DNA from: the human T2T-CHM13v2.0 reference genome, Homo sapiens
Assembly: GCF_009914755.1 (NCBI RefSeq)
Contig: NC_060942.1
Length of the DNA stretch: 64,000 bases
Reading direction: 5' to 3' (one strand)
Below are positions 31,920-46,197 of the stretch, in pieces; within the stretch, counting starts at the first letter, position 1; each line of letters opens with the position of its first letter. The position numbers and the translations under genes are program-made. Below the pieces are notes generated by a model. The model was given only the letters and a program-made list of their open reading frames with translations. It searched no databases and was not told the origin of the DNA.

Positions 31920-33100
31920 TCAATTAATTCGCTGCACAAATATTTCTATCTACCATACATCAGGCTGTACAGCACTGGAGATAAATAAACATAACTTTAA
32001 AATGTAGTTCCTATTCTTTAAGAGTTCAAACTCTAGCAAATAAAACAGAAACAATGAAAAAAAGAATTCAAAAAATGTAATAAGGAAGATAAACAGTTTT
32101 TTGAGTACTAAGGAGGACACCTAACTAAAGCCTGCTGGGTGAGAGATAGCTAGGAAGACTTTCTGTAAATGATGGTACCTGAAAAAAGTCTAAACTGAAT
32201 AGTAGCGGTTAGCTAGATGATAGAGAATGAAAGAAAGAACAGGCCAGGTGTGGTGGCTCATGCCTGTAATCCCAAAACTTTGGGAAGCTGAGGCAAGCGG
32301 AATGTATGAGTCCAGGAGTTCAAGACCAGCCTGGGAAACATGATGAAACCCTGTCTCTACAAAAAATATTTTTTTAAAAATTAGCTGGGTGCAGTGGCAG
32401 TTTCCTGTAGTCCCAGCTACTCAGGAGGCTGAGGTGGGAGGATCACCTAAGCCCAGGACGTGAAGGTTGCAGTGAGCCAAGATCACACCAGTGCACTCCA
32501 GTCTGGGCGACAGAGCGAAACTCTGTCTCAAAAAAAGGAAAGAACAAGTGAACAATATAAGCAGACAAGCAATGTAAACCAAGCACAGAGGAACTGTATC
32601 TAAGTTCTATGTTGCTGGAGTATCAAGTTTGTAGTAAGGACTGACAGAAGAGGCTGGAGAGCCCCAGGTAAGTTCAGGAGCTTGAACTTTACCTATCAGC
32701 CAGTAGTTACAGTAATAAAACTAATATTTAAGTACCGAAAACCGTTTTCACATTAAAGTTTAAAGTAGCTCTCTACATGAAATAGATCAAAGAAACTGCT
32801 CTGTTCTAAATGAGGTTAAAGGTGTCAGAGAAGAGACAGAGCCTCATCTACTTCAGGCTCTTCCATAATACAGTCCCTGAGGAATGCTCTGGAATCTGCT
32901 GGGAACTGAGAAGCACCACTACTATGGGCAGGAAGCCATGAAAAGGAATTATGATGGATAAAACAACATAGTCAAACTTACATTTCAGGAAAACTACTCT
33001 AGGAAATACGTAGAAGATGAGTTCAATAAAGTCAAGACAGGAGGTGGGGAGAATTTTAAGAGTATTGTAATACCCCAGATGAGAGAGAAAGTTCTGAACC
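31920..33100 (-). mobile_element. L2 fragment (interrupted by AluJ)
   Basis: Reverse L2 3' end motif and purine-rich body. Confidence 0.55.
32242..32536 (+). mobile_element. AluJ
   Basis: gaggtgggaggatcacctaagcccagg. Confidence 0.88.
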
Positions 33101-33594
33101 TGGATAATATAATAGCCTGTTACGTTGAAAAAAAGATTCTTGGCTCTAGCTATGAGCTAGAATAGGCTGTAGAGTCTTGACAAAGACCGCAGACAAGTCA
33201 TTTGAAATCTAAAAGATCTTTCTATGTTCTACTGCCTTGGATTCTAGCTTGTTCTAATACAGGTTTACGTGCTAACAAGTGTAAATGCCTCTGTTGGATG
33301 GCTTTCAATCAAACTCAGAGATTCTATGGTTCTACTTTTCCTAGTTCATCTCACCAAGGGTCCAACCTAGAACTAATAAAGAACTTAATGGTAAAATTCT
33401 AAGCATTGGACTTTAGTTTCCCAAACACTCAGGACTATGTATTCACACCTACCCAAATCTCAGGATCTTAAACGAAGCCTATTTATTGTAAAGTAGTCAT
33501 GTAAGAAACCCACTCTTGGTCTAGGGGTACTATATAGCCTGAACTTTGTAGGCTTATGGCTCCATTGAGACAGAAAACAATGCATGCACTAGAA

Positions 33595-33951
33595 CAGGGA
33601 TTCCCAACCCCTGAGCCGTGGACCTGTACCGGTTCATGGCCTATTAGGAACTGGGCCACACAGCATGAGGTGAGCAGTGGGTAGGCAAGCATTACCATCT
33701 GAGCTCCACCTCCTGTCAGATCAGCAGCGGCATTAGATTCTCACAGGGGCACAAACCCTATTGTGAACTGCACATGCGAGGGATCCAGGTTGCACATTCC
33801 TTATGAGAATCTTTTTTTAATGCCTGATGATCTGAGGTGGAATAGTTTCATAAAACCATCCCGTCTGCCACCCCCCAACCCCCATCCTGTCCATAGAAAC
33901 ACTGTCTTCCACAAAACTGGTCCCTGGTGCCAAAAAGTTTGGGGACTGCTG
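33595..33951. mobile_element. MER1B (hAT-Charlie), complete
   Basis: caggg..cccaacccc start; tggtccctggtgccaaaaagtttggggactgctg end. Confidence 0.88.
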
Positions 33952-34629
33952 CTCTAAAGAAAAATAATAAGTACATAAATAAATATGTAACTTAATTTCA
34001 CATTGTGATACATATTCTAAAGAAAATAAGACCAAGCTTTCCCAAGTCTGTAAGGGGAGACTATATACACAGGCTAATTCTTCAGTCACTTCAAACTCTG
34101 CACTGATTCCTCAAATAAACAAGAGTCAAGGAAAACAACTCAAAATTGGTTATTTTTTAATTGACTATTGATGCCACTCCCAATACCCCCAATTCTTTGA
34201 GCAGCTATTCTTGCCCAAAGGCTAACAGTCTTAGGCAAGTTTTTCTCTCTGTACACATTTGTTTGGCTGCTGCAATCACACACCATCAGTGAACAGCTTT
34301 CTCTGCTAGGCTAGTGAATAAACCACTCATACACTTACATAACATTGCAGCCTCTTTTTTTTTTTTGGTCAAGCCTGCATGAACATTTTTCTTTATGAAG
34401 AAATTTTACTGGGATGAGATACTCTGTTTTAAATTTTCTATTTTTTCTCACTGTTGCTGTCCTATGAGTCAGGAAGATCATAGTGAGTGCTTAGTCTGGG
34501 AATGTCCAAAGTACACTGTATTCCTTTAGCACAGCTATACTGTCATTGCATAATTTAAAAAAATGCTTTGCCACCTAACTTGATAAAAATAATCCATTCT
34601 CCATTATGCTTCAAAAAGGACAACATTTG

Positions 34630-34900
34630 GGCTGGGCATGATGGCTCACACCTGTAATCCCAGTGCTTTGGGACACAGAGGCAGGAGGATTGCTCAAGGC
34701 CAGGAGTTTGAAACCAGCCTGGACAACATACCAAGACTTGTCTTTACAAAAAATTTAAAAATTAGCCAGGCCCATGGTGGCATGCACTTGTAGTCCCAGC
34801 TACTTGGGAGGCTGAGGCAGAAGGACTGCTTGAGCCTAGGAGTTCAAGGCTGCAGTGAGCTATGAATGTGCCACTGCACTCCTGCCTGTGTGACAGTCTT
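34630..34900 (+). mobile_element. AluJ
   Basis: Diverged dimeric Alu. Confidence 0.88.
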
Positions 34901-35099
34901 TTAGGGGAGGGAAAAAAAAAGACAACATTTCAAGTATACTCTTCTCTTCTTGCTTTGACACATGCGTATGTACTGGTAATAGAAAACAAATAAAATGTTG
35001 TGATATGGTGATACATATAGCACTCAAAACTGTCAAGCTGTAACAGCATCACTGTGATTTCTACTGTGCTGAGCAGCAGTGTGAAGCAAGGAGAGCATC

Positions 35100-35497
35100 A
35101 CATATGGTCGCTGTTGTAGCTACTCAGCTTAGGTGTTGTAGAACAAAAGCAGCTATACACAATACATTTTTTAAAGTGTAGCAACGTCCCAAGAAAACTT
35201 TATTTATGGACACTGAAATCTGAATTTCCTATTATTTCACATTCATGATATTGTTTCATTATTTCACCATCATGATCATGATGGGCTTTAAAAACCATCT
35301 ACATATCAACTTCCAAATTTTTATCTCTAGTCTAGTCTCTCTTAAACTTCAAACTTATATATGCAATTGTATATTCTTTAATTATATATTCTTTTGACTT
35401 TTTTTTCAATCATGAAAAAATACAAAAAACATGCTTAGTTCATGAGCCACAGTGGTGGGTGAGATTTGGCCTGTGGGCTGTAGTTCACCAACTCCTG
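35100..35497. mobile_element. MER58B-like (hAT-Charlie) with an internal insertion
   Basis: aaaactttatttatggacactgaaa...gatttggcctgtgggctgtagtt...ctcctg. Confidence 0.8.
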
Positions 35498-35579
35498 CTC
35501 TAATAAAACCCAGTGGCCTTCTGAGGGCACTGCTTCCCCACAGCTCTCAAGTGGGGACCTTTACTTTTCCACATGCCTT

Positions 35580-38130
35580 AGACAACCGACCCTGAAAGTG
35601 GGAGATCCCCCACATCCCCACCCCTAAATCTGCTAGCTTTGATTTTCATTATATTAGGTTGTATTTCCCACCTCTCATTGTTGCTGTAATCTACTGACTC
35701 TCAGAGGTCACCACGTCTCATCGCTAGACAGTTTTACTTCCTGATTTACTGAACTTCTCTCCAATATTCTCCTGTTTTAATTCTTAATAACTTTAATATA
35801 CCCACAGATAATACTTACAGTACCTTGGCCTCTCAACACCTATACTTCTCTCCTTCAATGATCTTGTCCTCTACCTTACCTTGGTCACTCATTTCCATGG
35901 TCATATACTAGACCTTGTCATTACTCATAATTATAATCTTCCAACAATTTCAATTAGAAAACTTACACTCTCTAAGCACTCTCTTATAGCTTTCCTGCTT
36001 AGTTCCTCTAGCATCTTAACTCCAACAACCCCAACCCCACCAGGACCTCCAATCCATTGATTCTACTACACTCATACTTTCCCTCGTTGCACTGATAGCC
36101 TCTTTTTCCTACCTAGCCAGCTTAAATTACATGGTCAATTATTATAATCACTCCCTTGCATATACCTTTAATGTCATGAGCTCTCTTCTGCCTCACTTTA
36201 CTTAGTTTGGCAAAACGACAATCCTATTATAGTTAAATCCAACTCTCCAACTACTCTATGTCAGCACCCATGCAGTTGAATATGTCTCAATAAATACATA
36301 AAATCACAATGACTGATCCTATTTTAAAATTCATAATCACAAACATCAAGCTGGCCCTTAGTTCTACTTGGCAATCCTAAATTTCTAGTCACTCTCCCAC
36401 TCTCCTAGAGACGTATTTCAAGTTTTCTTCTTTCTTCACACACACCTCCCACAGCTCTCCCACTGATCCTCGTTCACAGCTAATGATCTTGTTTGGCTAC
36501 TACCCTGAAACGAACGAAACAATCAGAAGAAAACTACCACTGACTTACCACCACTTACACACTTAACTATCAGCATGTACAAGCATATATTTTGTCTTTT
36601 CATATTTTACTATGGGAGACTACTTCTATCTTAACTTAAACCCTCCACTCATGCACTAGATGTCATCCTTTTTCATTACTGTAGTTCAAGGACATTGCTC
36701 AAGCAATTCTCCCCTTTCTCCTCTATTACTAAGCTTTACCCCTCCTAACCGGATCCCACCATGCTGTTTTCTCTCCCATCTTAGGGAAACAAAAAAAAAC
36801 TCTTGATCTCATTTCTCTCAGCAGCTACTGTCCCATTACTCAACTCCCCACTGCAGCAAAATTTCTCAAAAGTTGTCTATAATTTCTGTGACTAAATCTT
36901 TCCTACTATTTGCTCTAAAATCCACTTCAGGTCGGCTCTTACCTTTCTTTCAAAACTACTTGTCAAAGTCACAAATGAGCATCATGTTGCTAAATCCAAT
37001 GACCAATTCTCAGCCCTCATCTTGATATATCAGTGGCTTTAACACTTCAATCACTCTCTCCTGATACACTTTCTTTACTTGACTTTCAGGACACAACATT
37101 CTTCCAACAATACTGAAGATTTTACTTTTCAACCTTAGTAGTTTTCAGTTGCCTTGGCTGGTTCCTCCCCTTCTCTCAGATTTCTTAACACTGGAGCATT
37201 CCAAGGCTCAGCCCTCAATGGTGACTTCTTCTCTATCTACACTCACTTCTCTGGTGGGCTTTAAAAACCATCTACATATCAACTTCCAAATTTTTATCTC
37301 TAGTCTACATGTCTCTCTTAAACTTCAAACTTATCTATTCAATTACTTTCAAAATATATCCTCTTTTGAAAAACATCTCAAATTTAATGTGCCAAAAACT
37401 GAAGAAATATTCTCACCCAAAACTTATACCTATGTGTCCCACACTTTGGCCGATGGCTCAATTTTGCTCAGGACAAAAACCTAGGGGGCATTCTTGACTC
37501 CTTTTTTTCTTACACTCCACATCCTATCTTTCAGGAAAATATGTTGGCTCTCTCTTTGAAATATATCTGTAATCTGATAGCTTCTCACCCTCTACATTGC
37601 TACCATGCTAGACCAAGTCACCATCATCTCTTCCTTGGATTACTGTGATAGACTCTTAACTGATTGCCCTGTGTCTATTCTCAACATAGGGTGATGTTCT
37701 TAAAACACAAGTCAGATCATGTCACTTCTCTGCTCAAAAGTCTCTAATGTCTTGCCATCTCACCCAGAGCAAAAGCCCAAGATTTTACAATGGCCTACAA
37801 GACTCTACATGACCTAGCCTCCCCATTTCCTTACCTCTATGATATCATCCTACAATTCTCCCCCTTGCCTAATCCTCTCCAGCCACACTGGCTTCCTTGA
37901 TGTTCTTCAAACAGGCCAGGTACACTCTCCTCCCTTCAGGCCTTTGCACTAGCTGCTCCTCTGTATGCCACTCTCTTCCCTCAGACATCCACATGGCTAA
38001 CTCCCTCAACTACTTCAACTCTTTTTTCAAATGTCACCTTTTAACAAGGCCTACCCTGGCCACCTTACCTAAAACAGCAAACTTCTCAGAACTTCCGATC
38101 CTTCTTAAACTGTTGTATCTTTTCCTATGG
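35580..38130 (+). mobile_element. Long L2 (L2a-like) fragment
   Basis: catggtcatatactagaccttgtcatta, tgttgctaaatccaatgaccaattctcag, cagatcatgtcacttctctgctcaaaa. Confidence 0.8.
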
Positions 38131-38615
38131 CAGATTTTGACCTCTTTGTTATTCACAAAATTAGTTTTATGCAAAATAATATTTGCAAAATCACAAATCT
38201 GGTAAGTCTTCCTTCATTCTAAAACCTCCAAATAGGATGTTGTGACCATCTAGACTCTTTTAGCAATTTCTGATTGTCAACTATATTGAGTCAGGTGATG
38301 CTGGCAGAAAGCTAAGATTCAGAGAAGTGAAATACTACTATGCAACATATTCAGCAAGAAATAAAATGAGCAAATTGAGTCATAAATAGGAACCACAGTC
38401 TTGACAACCACTAACTAGCTAATCATTAGAGCTAGTCGTTTAGAGTTAATCTTTCTCCAAATGATCACAAGTTAGCAAAAGGGCCAGTGCAAAAAGGCTA
38501 ACTTACAGCTTCTGGGTTACCAAAAATTCAAAAGCATTTCAATCATATATAAACTCTTCAATCTAATTTTCAAGAAAGCAAATGGATGATTTTTCCTAAT
38601 ACTGTTTTAAAAATT

Positions 38616-38932
38616 GGCCAGGCGCTGTGACTCACGCCTATAATCCCAGCACTTCAGGAGGCCAAGGCAGGCGGATTGCTTGAGGTCAGGAGTTCAAGAC
38701 CAGCCTGGCCAACATGGCAAAACCCCGTCTCTACTAAAAACACAAAAATTAGCCGGCACGGTGGTGGGCGCCTGTAATCCCAGCTAATCAGGAGGCTGAG
38801 GCATAAGAATCACTTGAACTCAAGAGGTGGAGGTTGCAGTAAGCCGAGTTTGGGCCACTGCACTCCAGCCTGGGTGACTGACCGAGACTCTGTATCAAGA
38901 AAAAAATTAAATTAAATTAAAAATAAATAAAA
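38616..38932 (+). mobile_element. AluSx/Sz
   Basis: Full Alu. Confidence 0.9.
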
Positions 38933-39674
38933 ATCAACTTTATACCCAGTAAATTTTACTTCTAGGAATTTATCCTAAGGAAATGAGATACAATGTGGGA
39001 CCAAGATATCTACAATAAAGTAGTTTTTACAATTTTAAAGAGCAAATAATTTCATATACATAGAGTATTAGGTAACATTTAAAATTGTGTTGAATATTTA
39101 ATTACATAGAATTATGTTCAGCATATAATGTTGTGCAAAGAAATAGAACAAACTGTATACAGTATATGAACTTGATTTTCTAAAAACATAATTATATACT
39201 GATACACAGATATGGATTTTTTTAAAGGCCAGAAGAAAATATGCCAAAACAATAACTGCAGTCATCTCTGAGTTTGGTGAGACTACAGATTATTCTGCCA
39301 CATTTTCTATATATTTTAAGTTTTTTATAATGACCCTTTGTTGCTTTTCTAATGAAAAAAACAAAAGATGTATTTTGCCTACCCTAAGATCCTAGATTAT
39401 AAAACGTACCATTACTTTATGTACCACTAGAGATTCTAAGATACATTCTAATTTCAAAAATGTTCAAAGTTTTTTTAAATGTCACAATAGGTAAAATATC
39501 ATAATAAACATTATGTACCTTGTACTGTTTGACCAGAATACTGCTACTCTGCCTAAAAAAGCCCAGTATACATTGCATACTTTTAGAGTAGTGAAAGCAG
39601 CCCTAAAAAGCTCAAAAATTAAACTTATTTGAAAAATTCACAAGAATGTTATATTCAATTCCATAAAAATCTGA

Positions 39675-39953
39675 TTTTTCTTTTCTTTTTCCTTGAGACA
39701 GGGTCTCACGCTGTCATGCAATCTCAGCTCACTGCAACCTCCACCTCGGAGTTCAAGCGATTCTCCCACCGCAGCCTCCCAAGTAGCCGGGACTATAGGC
39801 ACACAACACCATGCACAACTAATTTTTGTATTTTTGCAGAGACACAGTTTTGCCATGTTGCCCAGGCCGATCTCGAACTCCTGGGCTCAAGTGATCTACC
39901 TGCCTCGGCCTCCGAAAGTGCTGAGATTACAGATGTGAGCCACTGCAACCAGC
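39675..39953 (-). mobile_element. AluJb-like
   Basis: Reverse Alu with a small deletion. Confidence 0.87.
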
Positions 39954-40704
39954 ACTGTTTTAATTAAGAAAATTATTTCATGTCCAAATGTTCAAATAAA
40001 ATCACACTCTAGGAAGATGTGCTACATTTTGACTGCATAGGCACATAGGCACGCATCCACCCACCCACATACACACAGAGTAATCCAGTTTGATAAACAG
40101 ATCAACAAAAAATAAATATAAAAAATCCAGACTCCTAAATTCAAACTCCTCAACATGGCAAAAAAATATATATATATCATTAGTGACTGTCCAGTCTTAT
40201 AGTTCTAGATAAGATACTCCCCACAACCATGCTCTAGCAATGCCTAGTTATTTGCAATTATCTATATAAGCCCATACTGCTTCATCTCTCTGTGCCTTTC
40301 CAGATGTTATCACTAGCCTAAAATGACTTCCCCCACCACCTTATCTGACCAAGTTACTATTAAACAAGATCTAATCTTTTATCTCCTCTTTAGACATTCC
40401 TGATTCCCTCTCAAGCACAAGGTATGACTCCCTTCTCTGGGACATTATTTCCCTATATTTCACCTAACAATCTGAACTGGAATTGTTTCTATAGGTCTGT
40501 TTCTTCTATTACGTTGTATGTCCCCACAATCCTTAAGGATAGAGATTATACTTGTGCTCGATGCTACTGAAATATTAAAAACACTTAATGACATTATATA
40601 CAAATGGAGATAAACACATGCTGCATTTATCTATTCAGGAACAACAGAAAAGCCATATATATTTACTCCAAAGTAATAAAAGTATATATTTAAAAATCCA
40701 TCTT

Positions 40705-41305
40705 GAGTTTCTCAAAATGTTAAATATAGAATTACCATATGACCCACCAATTCCACTTCTAGGTATCTACGCAAGAACAATAAAAACATATGTCTACACA
40801 AAAACTTCTACACAAATGTTCATAGCAGCATTATTCATAAAAGCCAAAAGAGAATCAATACAAATGTCCATCAGCTGATAAGCAGATAAACAAAATGTGG
40901 TATATCCATACAATGGAATATTACTGGCAATTAAAAATGAAATACTGACACATGGTATAACACTATGAACAATGAAAACATGCTAAGCCAAAGAAGGCAG
41001 TCACAAAAGACCATTTTATTGATGATTCCTTCTATAGGAAATGTCTCTATAGAGTCGGCAAATCTATAGAGACAGAAAATAGATTAGTGGTTGTCTAGGG
41101 CTGGAAGCCTGGAGAGAAATGGAGACTGACTGTTAATGGGTATGAGGTTACCTTACGAAGTGATGAAAATGTTGTAAAAGCAACTGTGGTAATGGTTGCA
41201 CAACTCTGAAAATACACATACACCCAAAAAGCTCACTGAATTGTATACTTCAAACGGGTGAATTTTATAGCATGTAAATGATAACTTAATAAAGTTGCTT
41301 TAAAA
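40705..41305 (+). mobile_element. L1MB 3' end
   Basis: agaattaccatatgacccaccaattccacttctagg...cactgaattgtatacttcaaacgggtgaa...aataaa. Confidence 0.85.
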
Positions 41306-41599
41306 AATCAATCTTGAGTTTGGCAATGATTTTTATATGACACAAAAAGCACAATCAATGCAGAAATATAAGTTAGATTTCATCAAAATTAAAATTTTTG
41401 CTCTATGAAAGACATTATGCAAATGAAAATTGACAGTAGCAAATGCGGCAAGGATGCACAACAACAGAAACTCTCATTCATTGTTGGTGGGAATGTATAA
41501 TAAAATGGTATAGCCACTTTGGAAGACAGTTTGGCAGTTTCTTAAGAAGTTAAACCTGTTCTTAGCAAACAACCTAGCAATGCTACATCTGTGTATTTA

Positions 41600-41938
<339 letters not shown>

Positions 41939-42089
41939 CTAAATTCATGCAAAAACTTGTACACGAATATTTACGGCAGCTTTATTCATAATTGCCCCAA
42001 ACAGGAAATAACGAATATGTTCTTCAACAGAGGAATGAACAAACAAACCAAGGTATATCCATTCAATAGAAGGTTGCTCTGCAATTTAG

Positions 42090-42455
<366 letters not shown>

Positions 42456-43463
42456 TTAAATGCATTTTTGCTAAGTGAAAAAAAGACAGAATCAAAAGGC
42501 TATACACTGTATGATTCCATTTAATGACATTCTGGAAAAGGTAAAACTATAGGAACAGAAAAAGAGATCAGTGTTTCCCAGGAGTGGGGGTGATGGAACT
42601 GTTCCGAATGGTATTGGGGTGTTGCAGACAAGACTATGTGTTTGTTAAGACCCACAGAACTATACACACTTTATGCAAATTTAAAAAATCAATTGGGATT
42701 CTGGGGGATCTCAGGATGGAATCCAGATTCTAACAAATGAATCTAAATGTATGACTAACAAGATGACATGCCCTCATTGAAGGTGGTGAGGGAAAAGAAG
42801 CTGAACTACGTAATGCTGGAAAACTGTTTTAGCTGGAAACTAAGGCTAAAGACAAAAAAGGAACTGTACAAAGATATTGTGTTCCAGTTGGTAAATCCAT
42901 TTCTCACAGGGTGTATGGTTTATTTTACATGAATATTAGGGTTGAGTAAGTAAATACCAATAATGGGAGCCAGGTTTCTCATCATCAGAGAAAAAAAGTT
43001 ACAAACAGGCAAGGGCAAAAGCTAGAATGAATCTTGTGATACTAGTTTAGAGCTGGTAATATCAGTCTAAACACGTTTAACATGTGTACAGGTATAGAAT
43101 TATAGTTATGTGTATAGTCACAGGCTGGTATACATGCATACATATATTTCCTAGCTATGGCAGCTGAGAGGGCCTTGAAACAGTGATCACCAGTAGCAAT
43201 AAGCACACCTAGCACCCAGATCTTGGTTTCTAAATATCATTCTCCAATAAAAGGAACCAGAGCTCCTTGGAAAAAATGGCTGATTTCAGGGCTGAGGGAA
43301 AATATAAGATGAGCCTGGAGCATCGTGTAATGCCAGAAAGTAAAGAAGTGTTCCTTTTTTTAAAAAAAGTAAGAACATGTCAAAGAACACAGGAGTAGGA
43401 GCTGGGTCCAACCTGAAGGAGCTCCCAAAAGGCAAAAATGAGAACAATTTAAGTAACAAAGTA

Positions 43464-43540
43464 TTAGGTTGGTGCAAAAGCAATTGAGATTTTTGCTAAA
43501 AATAGTGGCAAAAACTGCAATTACTTTTGCACCAACCTAA
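43464..43540. mobile_element. MADE1 (Hsmar1-derived MITE)
   Basis: ttaggttggtgcaaaag...cttttgcaccaacctaa terminal inverted repeats; TA on both sides. Confidence 0.93.
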
Positions 43541-44065
43541 TAAATAACACACTACTGGATTACAACCCAAAGTATGAAATAAATATATGCAGTTTATATT
43601 ATATAAATCAATGACTAAATTAATAAATGGGGGAGAAAAGGCAAATCTTCCCTACAGAATTCCAAATAATACGTGTAAAGTCTCCCCTCCAGGAGAGTAT
43701 GGAAAGGGAATACGCTCCCCTCCACAGCGTTTGGAAAAAGAAAATGGTAACTTACTAGTGGAGAAGCTTGCCAGACACTACCTTAAACCAAATGATAAGC
43801 GTTAACATCACCAGTGATGTGCCTAGATTTATGATGGAGTTATGTTCCAATGAAACCCTCATAAAGCTGGAAATTTTAAAGTCAGAGACCACCTGGACTT
43901 TCTAGATCATCTCTAACAAGTCAGTATCCAACGTCTAATGCACTGAGCTCATATATAACAAGTACTTACTATGCTGTCAGGTTTGGCAGTAAAAACATAA
44001 ATGCCCCTGCTCTCATGGCACTTAAAATCTAGTGACAGGAGAAGGAGAAAAAGGAGAATGGATAC

Positions 44066-44346
44066 TGTCTTAGTCTGTTTTTTGCTGCTATAACAGAATA
44101 CCACAGAATGGGTAATTTATAAAAGAAAAAAGGGCATCTGGCAAGGGTCATTCAATGGTAGACAAGTGGAAGAGTAAGAGCATACATGCACAAGAGCTCA
44201 CTTTTATAACCCCTTCCCACAATAACAGCATTAATCCATTCATGGGGGTGGAACCCACATGACCTAATCACTTCTTAACGTCCCCACCTACTAGCACTGG
44301 CAATTAAACTTTAATGAGTTTTGGTGGGGGCATTCAAACCACAGCA
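44066..44346 (-). mobile_element. MST-family MaLR solo LTR
   Basis: tgtcttagtctg...gctataacagaataccac...cattcaaaccacagca; 5-bp TSD gatac/ggtac. Confidence 0.85.
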
Positions 44347-45989
44347 GGTACCAATTAAATAGTCATACAAATAAATATAACCTGTGATAAGTATACAAGA
44401 TGCCATAGAAGTACATGCTCAGAAGGTCAGATCCATGAAGCCTAGATAACCAAGAGGTTAGGGAACAAAAATGAAGGCTTATTTGAAATTTAAAGGATGA
44501 CTGCTTTGAGTTGGGTGGGTTGGAAAGAATTCTAGAAAGAGAAAAACAACATCTGAAAAGTCTTATGGAGGTGTCATGGTACTTTCCAGGAAATAAATGT
44601 CAGCGTGTAGCTGATGTGTAAGGAAACAAGGAGGAGAGGTGTACAGTTAAGAATGTAATTTAGAAGCTTAGATAGCATCAAGTTTAGAAAATCCACCAAA
44701 AAGCTGGGAATGGAATTTGACTTAAATTTACTATTCAAAAAGAATCCTCTGGCAGCAACGTAGGTAACTGTACATAGGCAAAAGTAGATGTATTATTGAG
44801 ACTGAATGGAAGATTTTTGTGATCATTTAAATGAAAATGAAGAAGCTTAAACAATAGTTGTGTTGGAAAAAGAGGGAAAGTCAAGCCTCTGTATGAAGAC
44901 TGCCACTGTTCAGAAATCTGCACTTATCAGTCTTTTCTTTGGTTTATTATAACCAGACCATTTACCTATCTTTAGTTTTTTGGGAACTCCATCATTCTCC
45001 AAAGTTTCTCTAAAGATCTTCAATCACCTCAGCATGTTAATTCAATAGGTGTAAACTGCCTTGATTTAGAGGTATTTAAAACACTCAAACTTTCTCCTCT
45101 TCCTTGAACTTACTTCAATTTCTTTATCTAAGTTTTTAAAACTCATGAGAATTTGAAAAGAAAAAACAAGCAACTAAGTAATTTTTTTTAATATCCAACC
45201 CATTAACCCAAAAGCCCCAGCCTGCCATTTCAGTCTCATCCCCTGCAGTCCGTCCTCCCGACCCTTTCTCTCTCATTATAAACCAAGTTCAATTTACACC
45301 AAACTCCTGGTTCCTCAAAGATGTCATACTTTTGGAAGACTCTGTGATTTAAATGGTCCTCCCTCTCAGAACTGTCCTTCCTCCATTGAAAAATCTAGCC
45401 CATGTTTTAAGACTCAAATATTACTTTCTTTTGGAAGCCTTTCTTTACCCCATTCAAGATCTGTGTATCATTACATTCTCTACAAACTTCTACTATTATA
45501 AGGTATATCTGTGTGTGTTTCCATCCATGAGATGGTAAGAGCTACAGTTTCTAAGAAAAACAGTCTTGTTCTTCATGTCTTTAGTAACTGGTCATTCAAA
45601 AACTATTTCAAGAATGGTCTCATGTAGTGAAATTATCCTTTTCTCACACATCTTGAATCCTAATTCTAACCAGGAAGGATGGGAGTAGAAGAGAGAATGA
45701 CTTGTAAAGGGCTTAAGAGCTTTTCACAAGTTGTGGCTCATTATAGTCTTCTAGCCTAACACATTTTTAATAGATTTATACTACTCTTTTGTATTTATCC
45801 CTGGATATGTATTCATACTTCTGATCTGGTTCATAAAACTTTATAATCTCAGCTGAGAACTCCCTGTGGAAGAACCTTGCTTTCTATGGCTGCAACCTTC
45901 TAATATTTATTGCTTTTGATTACATTTTCTAAGCTTGGAGCACGTGTCTAACTGCGCCCACTATTTCTTTCCTTCATCAACATAAAGTC

Positions 45990-46197
45990 TTAGGCAGTTT
46001 TGCCTCTCAAGGGATATTTGGCAATGTCTAGAAATATTTCTGGTGATCACAACTGGGGATAGGTGTTAGGATATGCTACTGGCATTAAGAAGGCAGAGGC
46101 CAGGGGTGCTGCTAAACATCATACGATGCAAAGAACAGCCTCCCAGCAAAGAGTTATCTGACCTAAAATGTCATTGGTGCCACTTGAGAAACCCTGG
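45990..46197. mobile_element. MER20 (hAT-Charlie)
   Basis: atttggcaatgtctag...tgctactggcat...gaggccaggggtgctgctaaacatc...gagaaaccctg. Confidence 0.85.
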
